17,389 bases of DNA from Candidatus Krumholzibacteriia bacterium (GCA_046484865.1 JAWOID010000137.1:1-17389), one strand, 5' to 3'; shown: positions 1-7,727, counted from the stretch's first letter. Numbers and translations: made by a program. The notes: generated by a model from the sequence alone, not told the origin.

Positions 1-1
1 G

Positions 2-754
2 CGGAACTGGGAGCGGCGGTCGAGGAGGCTGTGCGCCCAGTTCCGCGTAGCGGCGCACGAAGCGCGGCGTGGTTCCGGGCAGGAGCCCCAGCAGGTCGTG
101 GAAGACCAGGACCTGCCCGTCGCACGCGGGCCCGGCCCCGATGCCGATCGTGGGGATCGGCACCGCCTCCGTGATGCGCGCCGCCAGTTCCCGCGGCACG
201 CACTCCAGCACGAGGGCGAAGCAGCCTGCGTCCGCCAGGAAGCGTGCGTCCTCCATCATCGCCCCGGCGGGGCCCTGCCCGCGTCCCTGCACCTTGTAAC
301 CGCCGAAGGCGTGCACCGACTGCGGGGTGAGTCCGAGGTGACCCATCACCGGGATCTCGGCGGCCAGCAGCGCGGCCACGACCTCGGCACGCTTGCGGCC
401 GCCCTCGAGCTTGACGGCGCTGACGCCGCCCTCCTTCACCAGACGCAGCGCCGCGGCCACCGTGGCGGCGGGCGAGACGTGGAAGCTGCCGTAGGGCAGG
501 TCGGCGATCACCGGCACGCCGGTCCGGGCGCGCTGCACCGCCCGGCAGTGGTGCACCATGTCATCGACCGTCACCGGCAAGGTGTTCTCGTGGCCGAGCA
601 CGACCATTCCCAGGCTGTCGCCTACCAGCAACGCGTCGGCGCCGCCCCGCGCCGCGATGAGCGCGCTGGTCAGATCGTAGGCCGTCACCATGACGATCTT
701 CTCTCCCCGGCGTCTGGCGCGGGCGAAGAGCATGAGGGTGCGCGCCTTGTTCAC
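2..754 (-). CDS. panB: 3-methyl-2-oxobutanoate hydroxymethyltransferase (3' end truncated or corrupted at the window edge)
   Basis: Absent from the ORF track because it has no stop in the window. Manual translation from GTG at 754 (SD AAAGGAAG upstream) gives MNKARTLMLFARARRRGEKIVMVTAYD...LLVGDSLGMVVLGHENTLPVT...VKLEGG...GHLGLTPQ...PTIGIGAG..CDGQVLVFHDLLG, all PanB signature motifs. Confidence 0.97.
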   Translation of the reverse strand, partial: MNKARTLMLFARARRRGEKIVMVTAYDLTSALIAARGGADALLVGDSLGMVVLGHENTLPVTVDDMVHHCRAVQRARTGVPVIADLPYGSFHVSPAATVAAALRLVKEGGVSAVKLEGGRKRAEVVAALLAAEIPVMGHLGLTPQSVHAFGGYKVQGRGQGPAGAMMEDARFLADAGCFALVLECVPRELAARITEAVPIPTIGIGAGPACDGQVLVFHDLLGLLPGTTPRFVRRYAELGAQPPRPPLPVP

Positions 755-844
755 GACGCTTCCTTTCGGTCCGGTCCGGCGGCGGGGATTCCGGCGCCGG
801 ACCTGCTGTCGCGCGTGGGCGGCGACGATCGCCGGCGCGGGCGG

Positions 845-1489
845 TCAGCCGCCCCGGGACTGCGGCGCGAAGAACCGGGTGCCGGTGAAGCTCTCCTCGA
901 TCTGCTCGTACAGCAGATCGAAGTCGCGCGGCACGCCGACGAAATCCAGCTCGTCCGTGTTCACCACCAGCAGCGGCGAGTCCTTGTAATGATGGAAGAA
1001 GTAGCTGTACGCGCCCGCCAGCGCCGCGATGTAGCCCGTCTCCATCTCCCGCTCGTAGCTGCGCCCGCGCATGCGGATGCGCTGCAGGAGCACCTCGGCG
1101 CGGGCCTGCAGGTAGATCACGAGGTCCGGCTTGAGCACCCGCTGCTCCAGGATGGCCGCCAGCTGGTTGTAGAGTTCCAGTTCGTCGTCGCCGAGGTTGA
1201 GATTGGCGAAGATGCGGTCCTTGGCGAAGAGATAGTCGGACACCAGCACGCGGCTGAAGAGGTCGTGTTGCACGAGCGCTTGCTGCTGCCGGAAGCGGCT
1301 GAGCAAAAAGAAGATCTGCGTCTGGAAGGCATAGGCGGCGCGATCCTCGTAGAACCGGGTGAGGAAGGGATTCTCCTCCACCACCTCCAGGTTCAGGCGC
1401 CCGCCGGTGCGGGTGGCGATCAGCTTGCTGAGACTGGTCTTGCCGACGCCGATGACGCCTTCAACGACAATGTACCGCCAGGGAAGCAC
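845..1489 (-). CDS. Deoxynucleoside kinase (dNK/dgk family), about 214 aa
   Basis: P-loop IVVEGVIGVGKTSL, ENPFL..FY, AFQTQIFFLLSR, DYLF.KD.IFA, PDLVIYLQA and RGR.YE lid. GTG at 1489 has GGAGG 6 nt upstream. Confidence 0.93.
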   Translation of the reverse strand: MLPWRYIVVEGVIGVGKTSLSKLIATRTGGRLNLEVVEENPFLTRFYEDRAAYAFQTQIFFLLSRFRQQQALVQHDLFSRVLVSDYLFAKDRIFANLNLGDDELELYNQLAAILEQRVLKPDLVIYLQARAEVLLQRIRMRGRSYEREMETGYIAALAGAYSYFFHHYKDSPLLVVNTDELDFVGVPRDFDLLYEQIEESFTGTRFFAPQSRGG

Positions 1490-2102
1490 GCCAGTCCTCC
1501 TCCGCTCCTCCGGGCCCGTCCGGCAGGAGCGGATGTCCTTCGTGGAGCCGGACCCAGGGGCCGCCGCGGTCGGTGATTCTCGCACAGGCGACCGTCACTG
1601 TCTCCCCTCGATCCGGCAGCACCAGCCGCGGCGCGACGTCCGCCAGAGGCCGGAGCACGAACTCCCGCTCGGCGAGCCGCGGGTGCGGCACCGTGAGCGC
1701 ATCGCTGTGCAGGATGCGGTCGCCGTACACCAGGATGTCGAGGTCGATGGGACGGGGCGCCAGGTGCGAATGCGGGCGCCTGCCGAGCCGCTGCTCCGTG
1801 CTCTTGAGCACCGCCAGCAGGACCCGCGGTGCCAGCGACGTCTCGACCGCCGCGCAGGCGTTCAGGTGAGGCGGCTGGACCTCGAACCCCACGTGCTCGG
1901 TCTCGTACACCGGGCTCACGCGCTTCACGCGCAACTCCGGATGGGTGAGCAGGGCGAAGAGCGCTCGCCGGAGCTGGCCCAGGCGATCGCCCTGGTTGGC
2001 GCCCAGGCCCAGGTACGCCGCGAGGGGAAACCGGGGGCGCGACCAGAGGTCGTCCCGGGCCGCCGCGTGGCAGCCCGCCGGCTGGGGGCCGGGAACGTTC
2101 AT
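1461..2102 (-). CDS. folK: 2-amino-4-hydroxy-6-hydroxymethyldihydropteridine pyrophosphokinase (HPPK)
   Basis: AYLGLGAN.GDR, S.VYET, HLN, E..LGR, PRPIDLDIL, L.VPHPRL.ER.FVL.PL. ATG at 2102 overlaps the folB stop (ATGA). Confidence 0.96.
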   Translation of the reverse strand: MNVPGPQPAGCHAAARDDLWSRPRFPLAAYLGLGANQGDRLGQLRRALFALLTHPELRVKRVSPVYETEHVGFEVQPPHLNACAAVETSLAPRVLLAVLKSTEQRLGRRPHSHLAPRPIDLDILVYGDRILHSDALTVPHPRLAEREFVLRPLADVAPRLVLPDRGETVTVACARITDRGGPWVRLHEGHPLLPDGPGGAEEDWRASLAVHCR

Positions 2103-2488
2103 CGGCCCTCCTCGTCGGCCGTGTCGAGCCAGCCACGGTCCCGGGCGAAGGTCACCGAGACCTTGCCCAGGAAGTTCGGGATGGGCGGGTTCGGCTTCTG
2201 CACCGTGATCTCCGCCCGCTCCACCGGAAACTCCAGCAGCAGCGCCTGGCACAGGTGTCGCGCGAGCGCCTCGATGAGCTGGAAGCTGGTCTCTGCCGCC
2301 ACCTCGCAGATGCGGCGATGCACCGCGGTGTAATCCAGCGCGTGGCGCAGCGAATCCTCGCTGGCCGCCGCGCCGAGGTCGAGCCAGAGCTTCACGTCAA
2401 TGACGAAGCGCTGCCCGAGTTCTCGCTCGGCCGGGTGCACGCCGTGATGGGCGTACACGTCGATGCCCTGGAGCCGGATACGGTCCAT
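2099..2488 (-). CDS. folB: Dihydroneopterin aldolase, 129 aa
   Basis: MDRIRLQGI..YAHHGV...E...GQRF.ID, LDY, FQLIEALA, V.KP.PPI. Start overlaps the upstream stop (TGATG). Confidence 0.96.
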   Translation of the reverse strand: MDRIRLQGIDVYAHHGVHPAERELGQRFVIDVKLWLDLGAAASEDSLRHALDYTAVHRRICEVAAETSFQLIEALARHLCQALLLEFPVERAEITVQKPNPPIPNFLGKVSVTFARDRGWLDTADEEGR

Positions 2489-3654
2489 CAGCGTCCCCCC
2501 GCGTCCCAGGCCGCCAGCCGCCGGGCGGCCGCGTCGATGCGCTCGTCGGGCGCCGTGAGGCTCATGCGGAACCACCCCTCGCCGCCGCTTCCGAAGCCCA
2601 CCCCCGGCGTGGCCACGACCCCGATCTCGTCGAGCAACCGCGCACAGAAAGCGAGCGAATCGCCCCCCCCGGGCACCCGCGCCCAGACGTAGAAGGTGAC
2701 CGCGGTCGGGAACACCTCCACGCCCGCCGCCGTCAGCGCCGTCACGAGCCGGGCGCGCCGGGGCGCGTAGGGCGCCATCACCCCGGGCAAGAGCCGCTCG
2801 CCCTCCTCGCCGAGGGCCAGAGCGGCCATCTCCTGGATGGCGCCGAAGACGCCGCTGTCGATGCTCTCCTTGACGCGCCCCAGGCGCGCGATGACCTCGG
2901 GGTGCCCCACGGCGAAGCCCACGCGCCAGCCCGTCATGTTGAACATCTTCGACAGGCTGTGGAATTCCACGACCCGATCGCGGCCGGGATCACAGGAGGC
3001 GATCAGGCTCGCCGGCCGGCTGCCGTCCAGTGCCACCTCGAGGTAGGCGCCGTCGTTCACCAGCACGATTCCGCGCTCCCCCGCCCACGCGGCAGTCTCG
3101 CGCCAGAAGTCCGCGTCCACCCCGGCACCGGTGGGGTTGTTCGGGTAGTTCAGGTACAGCAACCGCACGCGTTCGTCCACGAGACCTTGCAACTCTGTGC
3201 GATCGGGACGGAACGCGTGCTCGGCCCGCAGCGCGAACGGCCTCGGCTCGGCCCCGGCGAGGATGGTGGCCTGGGTATACACCGGATAGCCGGGATCGGG
3301 CACCAGCACCGCGTCGCCCGGCTCCACCACGGCGAACGGCAGGTGCGCCAGCCCCTCCTTGGAGCCGATCAGCACCTGCACCTGGCGGTCGGGGTCGAGT
3401 GCGACGCCGTCGCGCCGGAACACGAATTCGGCCGCCGCTCGGCGCAGGGCCGGCAACCCGCGATGGCTGGGGTAGCGATGGTGGTGCGCCTCCTGCAGGG
3501 CCCGGGACATGGTCTCCAGCAGCCACGCCGGCGTTGGCCGGTCGGGGTCGCCGACCCCCAGATCCACGACGTCGACGCCCGCGTCGCGGGCGCGGTCACG
3601 GGCCGCGTCGATGGCGGAGAAGAGATACGGCGGCAGCTGGTCCAGACGTCCCAC
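2488..3654 (-). CDS. dapL: PLP-dependent class I/II aminotransferase, probable LL-diaminopimelate aminotransferase, about 388 aa
   Basis: RLDQLPPYLF, DLGVGDPD.PTP, HRYP, LIGSKEG.AH, PDPGYPVY, NYPNNPTG, EFHSLSK.FNMTGWR.G (PLP Lys), DSGVF.AIQ. GTG start with AGGGGG SD. Family is secure; substrate is inferred. Confidence 0.8.
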   Translation of the reverse strand: MGRLDQLPPYLFSAIDAARDRARDAGVDVVDLGVGDPDRPTPAWLLETMSRALQEAHHHRYPSHRGLPALRRAAAEFVFRRDGVALDPDRQVQVLIGSKEGLAHLPFAVVEPGDAVLVPDPGYPVYTQATILAGAEPRPFALRAEHAFRPDRTELQGLVDERVRLLYLNYPNNPTGAGVDADFWRETAAWAGERGIVLVNDGAYLEVALDGSRPASLIASCDPGRDRVVEFHSLSKMFNMTGWRVGFAVGHPEVIARLGRVKESIDSGVFGAIQEMAALALGEEGERLLPGVMAPYAPRRARLVTALTAAGVEVFPTAVTFYVWARVPGGGDSLAFCARLLDEIGVVATPGVGFGSGGEGWFRMSLTAPDERIDAAARRLAAWDAGGR

Positions 3655-3739
3655 GATGGTCCCCCTGTGGCGTCTCCTGCGGCGGTCTCTGCGGTGCCGG
3701 CGGTTGCGCCCCCAGGGCCCCGGCGGGACGGCGGACGTG

Positions 3740-3776
3740 CACCGCCCCGCGACTCGCCAGGGGCCGCGGGGCGGTG
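3740..3776 (-). terminator. GC-rich hairpin downstream of the TPR gene (possible terminator or processing site)
   Basis: Perfect 12-bp inverted repeat CACCGCCCCGCG (3740-3751) / CGCGGGGCGGTG (3765-3776), 13-nt loop, 21 nt after the stop. No U-tract. Confidence 0.45.
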
Positions 3777-3797
3777 GGCGCCGAGCGCGCGGTTGCG

Positions 3798-4973
3798 TCA
3801 GTCGCCTCGCGCGGCGCGCTGCTTCTTCCTGTCCTCGATCTCCATGAACTGGTCCATTCGGGTCATCTCCTGGCGGGCCCGAGCGGCCAGTTCGCTGTCG
3901 CCGCTGGAGGCCGCCTGGGCGAACTTGCTCCGTGCGGTCTGATACTGCTGACTGCACTCCAGCGCCTTGCCCCAGGCGTAGTGGACCGGTGCCAGGGCGC
4001 GTGCGCCCATGCCGGCGTGCCTGACCGCAGCCTCCGCGGCGGTCGTCTGGGCCTCGGCGCACCGTCCGTTCTCCGCCAGCAGGAACACCAGCGAGGCCAC
4101 CTCGGTGAGGTTCTCCGGCTTCAGTTCCAGGTACTTGCGGAACGACTCGACGGCTGCCGATTCCTGCCCGGCGGCATCCTGGGCGCGCGCGAGCGACAGC
4201 CAGGCGTTCGCGTGGGCGGGGCTCTCCGCCACGACCTTCTGGAAGACCTGCGCCGCCTCGCCGTACTTCTGCTGCCGCATGAGGCTGACGCCCTCGTTGT
4301 ACAGGCTCGATCCGGACGACGCACCGCCGTACTGGCCGGCAAGCGTGGCGTAGTGCTGAGCCTGGGCGGAGTTGCCGCTGTTACGCTGCTGGTCCGCGGC
4401 CAGGTTGCAGGCCTTGACGAGCTGAGGCAACAAGCTGTCGCGATGTTGCGGGCAGGTCTCCTCGGCGTGCTCGAGGGTCTCCACCGCCTGCGTGTAGTAA
4501 CCGGAAGCCATGTGCAGCACGCCCAGATTGAAGAGCACGCCGCAGTCGTCGGGGGCGAGCTTCTGCGCCCTGATATACTCCGCGCGCGCCTCGGGGTACT
4601 TCTTCTGGGTGGCGTAGGCCTTGGCGAGCCCCGCGTAATCCGGCGCCTCCACCTCCTCGCCACGCACCTTGATCAACTGCTCGTAGGCACGCACGGCGAA
4701 TTCGGGCTGGCCGTTGCCCAGGTAGGCATCGCCCAGGCCGCGCAGCGCGGGAGCGTACTCGGGGCAGATCTCCACCACGGACTGCAGGCGGGGAATGGCC
4801 TGCTCCCAGTTCTGGGCCTGAAGCAGGGGCTGCACATTGTTGTAGGCCAGAGCCGCCTCCTGGAATTGCCCGGGAGAGCATTCGGCGTGCGCGACGCCGG
4901 CACCGGCCAGCCCGCAGGCGAGCAGGACGGCGAAGACGACTCGCCGGCTGGGGGTGATCGAATGCAGACGCAA
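3798..4973 (-). CDS. Secreted/periplasmic tetratricopeptide-repeat protein, about 391 aa
   Basis: TTG start at 4973 with GGAGGT 7 nt upstream. Signal peptide RRVVFAVLLACGLAGAGVAHA|E. Several TPR-like units (ALRGLGDAYL, YAGLAKAY, VLFNLGVLH, LYNEGVSL, AWLSLARAQ, VHYAWGKAL). Confidence 0.85.
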   Translation of the reverse strand: MRLHSITPSRRVVFAVLLACGLAGAGVAHAECSPGQFQEAALAYNNVQPLLQAQNWEQAIPRLQSVVEICPEYAPALRGLGDAYLGNGQPEFAVRAYEQLIKVRGEEVEAPDYAGLAKAYATQKKYPEARAEYIRAQKLAPDDCGVLFNLGVLHMASGYYTQAVETLEHAEETCPQHRDSLLPQLVKACNLAADQQRNSGNSAQAQHYATLAGQYGGASSGSSLYNEGVSLMRQQKYGEAAQVFQKVVAESPAHANAWLSLARAQDAAGQESAAVESFRKYLELKPENLTEVASLVFLLAENGRCAEAQTTAAEAAVRHAGMGARALAPVHYAWGKALECSQQYQTARSKFAQAASSGDSELAARARQEMTRMDQFMEIEDRKKQRAARGD

Positions 4974-5054
4974 GGGAACTACCTCCGGTCGGGGACGGAC
5001 AGGGCCAGGCTGCTCCGGGAATGTCCCGGCTCCGCCGCAACCATTCGCGACGGA

Positions 5055-5083
5055 TAGATAACAGAGACGTTCGCCACGGTCAA
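5055..5083 (-). promoter_or_regulatory. Putative sigma70 promoter for the TPR gene
   Basis: Minus strand TTGACC-N17-TATCTA with a TG extended -10 motif, in a locally AT-richer patch. Confidence 0.55.
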
Positions 5084-5253
5084 CGAACCACCCTTGGGGC
5101 CGCCGCCGGCGTTCGTGGCGGGGTCGCGCTCCCTCGGGAGCCGGCCATGCCGGCAGGAACCCGGCGGCAGGCGAGGCGAAACCGCGGCCGCCCACGGGGT
5201 TCCACCCTCCAACCGCCGCGGCCGGGCAAGAGTTCCACTCGCTCCCCCGGGAC

Positions 5254-6195
5254 TCAGCTCGACGTGTCCGGTGCAGCGCCGCCGGCCGCCGCGGCGCCCG
5301 GCGTGGCAGCGTCGCGGCGGCGGCGGAGCGGCAGGCCCACCGGCTCGCCGGCGCCATCGCGCAGGAAGGCCGCACCGCGCAGTTCCGCGAGCAACTCGGC
5401 GAGGATGGCCACGGCGATCTCCGCCGGGGTCTCGGCACCGATCTCGACGCCCACCGGCACCCGGACGCGACGGAGACGTTCGGCCAGCGCGGGATCGTCC
5501 GGGTGCGCCGCCCGAACCGACGCGAGCATGCGCGCGGCCTTGCGCGCGCTCCCCACGATCCCCAGCCACGCCGCCTCGCAGCCGGCCGCCCGCTCGGCAG
5601 ACACGATGGCCGCCAGGTAGGCGGCGTCCAGCTCATGGTCGCGGCTGGCGATCAAAACGGCGGTGCGCGACGTCGGCGCCAGACCCGCCGCCGCCAGGTC
5701 CTCGGGACCGGCCGCCGCCGTGGTCACCCCGGGCAGCGCCGCCAGCGCGGGGTCGCCGAGATAGTCGGTCCGGTCGTCGATCACCACGGGCCGCAGCGCC
5801 AGTTCGCCTGCCGCTCGCGCCAGGGCCAGTCCGACGTGCCCCGCTCCCACGATCCAGAACGGGTGTCCGCTCAGCACCGGCTCCACGAACAGTTCCACGC
5901 GGCCTCCGCAGGCGCCACGGTCGCCGGTCAGGTCGCGGACCACCCGCCGGCAGCGGCCGTCGGCCCTCGCCGCCGCTGCCTCCTGGCGCGCGATCTCCTC
6001 CACCGACCCGCCGCCCACGCTGCCGGTGATGCGGCCGTCCGGATGCACCAGCAGCTTCGCGCCCAGGCTGCGCGGCGTCGACCCTTCGGCGCCGATCACG
6101 GTCACCACCACGGCGTCGAGGCCGCAGCGCACCAGTTCCGCCAGTTCCTGGTACAGACCACTCTCGGATCCCGTCTGCCACGATCGCTCAGCCAT
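5254..6195 (-). CDS. xdhC: XdhC/CoxI family molybdenum-hydroxylase maturation factor, 313 aa
   Basis: TV...GSTPR..GAK, GSVGGG.VE, CGG...LFVEP, Rossmann IVGAGHVG, IDDR, DHELD, GIVGS.RK, PVG..IGAETPAEIAVAILAE. SD GGAGGA. Confidence 0.92.
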   Translation of the reverse strand: MAERSWQTGSESGLYQELAELVRCGLDAVVVTVIGAEGSTPRSLGAKLLVHPDGRITGSVGGGSVEEIARQEAAAARADGRCRRVVRDLTGDRGACGGRVELFVEPVLSGHPFWIVGAGHVGLALARAAGELALRPVVIDDRTDYLGDPALAALPGVTTAAAGPEDLAAAGLAPTSRTAVLIASRDHELDAAYLAAIVSAERAAGCEAAWLGIVGSARKAARMLASVRAAHPDDPALAERLRRVRVPVGVEIGAETPAEIAVAILAELLAELRGAAFLRDGAGEPVGLPLRRRRDAATPGAAAAGGAAPDTSS

Positions 6196-6231
6196 GCGTC
6201 CTCCCGCATCAGCCTCGAGGCCGGCCCGTCG

Positions 6232-6900
6232 TCAGTCGTCCCCCCGGCGGGTCAGGGGCCGCAATGCCACCGCTGCCACGGGAACGCGTTCCGGCGGAAT
6301 GATGGCGGAATCGGTCACCTGGACGAACTCCACGCACGCGCACTGCCGCGGTCCGGGCGCGCACCAGCGCGCCAGGTGCCGCCGCAGGGTACCGCGCAGC
6401 CGCGGGTCCGCCACCGGCGCGAAACGGTCGACCGGCAGCACCACCGGATCGCCCCGGCCGTCCCGGCACCGCGGCACCACCACCCGGAACGGCTCCCGCC
6501 GCGACCGCTCCGCCAGGGACAGCAGCGTCTCGGTCGCCACCGCAACCAGCTCGACGGGATGGAACCAGAGGTGGCTGGCCTCCTCCCGCAGCACGAGCAG
6601 CGCGGCGCCGGCGGCGGCCGCGGAATCGCCGGCGCCGCCGCACAGAATCCAGCGGACTGCTCGTCCGCGCACGAGCTGCTGACAGGGGGCGTGCAGGTCC
6701 GGCCGTACGGCCACCGCCACCCGGATGCCCACCGCCGCGTACAGATCCACGACCGCCGGCAACGCCGCGCGGAGATCGCGAGTGACACGACGAGGTTCCC
6801 CGCATCGGCGCCCGCGGCCGCCCTCGCCCCGGACCAGGATAACCGCCCAGTCGCAGCGCGCCGGCAGGCCCCCCGCGCCGGTCGACGGCGAGGTGATCAC
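6232..6900 (-). CDS. Highly divergent MocA/YgfJ-like nucleotidyltransferase-fold protein, probably catalytically inactive
   Basis: AVILVRG..GRGRRCGEPR resembles IILAAG.S.RMG.PK. VVVPRCRDGRGDPVVLP resembles IVVP...GRRGHPVLF. VEFVQVTDSAI resembles V..V.VDD.GI. GTG start overlaps the yqeC stop (GTGA) and the ORF fills the yqeC-xdhC gap. Confidence 0.6.
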   Translation of the reverse strand: MITSPSTGAGGLPARCDWAVILVRGEGGRGRRCGEPRRVTRDLRAALPAVVDLYAAVGIRVAVAVRPDLHAPCQQLVRGRAVRWILCGGAGDSAAAAGAALLVLREEASHLWFHPVELVAVATETLLSLAERSRREPFRVVVPRCRDGRGDPVVLPVDRFAPVADPRLRGTLRRHLARWCAPGPRQCACVEFVQVTDSAIIPPERVPVAAVALRPLTRRGDD

Positions 6901-7727
6901 TGCGGGTCCGGGGGGGTGTCCAGCTCCTGTTCGTCGGCGTCGGCGATCGCAGCGGCGGAGCGGTAGGCGACCCGCACCCTGCGCCGCTCGCGATCCAGTT
7001 CCGTGAGCATCACCACCGGCAGGCGCGGGTGTGCCATGGCCTCGGCCAGGAAGCCGAAGAGTCCGATCCCGTCGGCCAGATCACCCAGCTGGGTTAGCGC
7101 GAGCACCGCCGGCACCCCGGGAGGGATCCGGTCGAGGTAACCGCCCGGACGCAGCAGAAGGGTCTGCAGATGCTCCCAACCCAGGTCGGCATCGGGGTCC
7201 AGCTCGTTCAGCAATCCCCCCGGCACCCGGCCCAGCCGGTGCAGAACCCGGCCCGCCGGTCGCCCCAGGCCCCCGGTCCCGAGCACCGCCACCGCCAGCG
7301 AGGTCCGGCGCGGCCAGAGCGGCTCGCCCTCGCGGTGGATCTTCAGCGGTCGCTTGCCGGCGCCGTCGGCCTCGCAGATCACCAGGCGGTCGGGGCAGAA
7401 CTCGCTCAGCCGATCCACGGTCTCGGGTCTCAACCCCAGCCACTTGCCGTCGCGGGCGAGGCCCGCGTGCACGTACACGACCGGCGGCAGACACAGACAG
7501 TCCGCGACGCCCCCCTTCACGAGTTCGTCCCAGGTCCGCGCCGGCCACTGGAGCAGCGGTTCCGTGCGGGTGGTCGTGGTGAGGACCACGGGCACACCGC
7601 TGTCCCGGTAGTGCTCGGCGAACAGGTCCAGCAGCGCCGTCTTGCCGCCGCCGCCGGCGAGCGCGATGACGTGCCCGCCGTCGCGAGGCAGGAAGGCATG
7701 CCAGGGCTCGAGGAACGCGTAGTTCAT
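6897..7727 (-). CDS. yqeC: Selenium-dependent molybdenum hydroxylase accessory protein YqeC, 276 aa
   Basis: VIALAGGGGKT, VVLTTTTR, ICEADGA.KRPLK, EP.WP..T..AV.V.G...LG.P....LHR are characteristic YqeC motifs. Confidence 0.88.
   Translation of the reverse strand: MNYAFLEPWHAFLPRDGGHVIALAGGGGKTALLDLFAEHYRDSGVPVVLTTTTRTEPLLQWPARTWDELVKGGVADCLCLPPVVYVHAGLARDGKWLGLRPETVDRLSEFCPDRLVICEADGAGKRPLKIHREGEPLWPRRTSLAVAVLGTGGLGRPAGRVLHRLGRVPGGLLNELDPDADLGWEHLQTLLLRPGGYLDRIPPGVPAVLALTQLGDLADGIGLFGFLAEAMAHPRLPVVMLTELDRERRRVRVAYRSAAAIADADEQELDTPPDPQ

Noticed and set aside
4974..5636. Upstream extension of the TPR ORF (612 aa)
   Set aside because: It overlaps xdhC out of frame. The signal peptide, SD and promoter all support the TTG at 4973.
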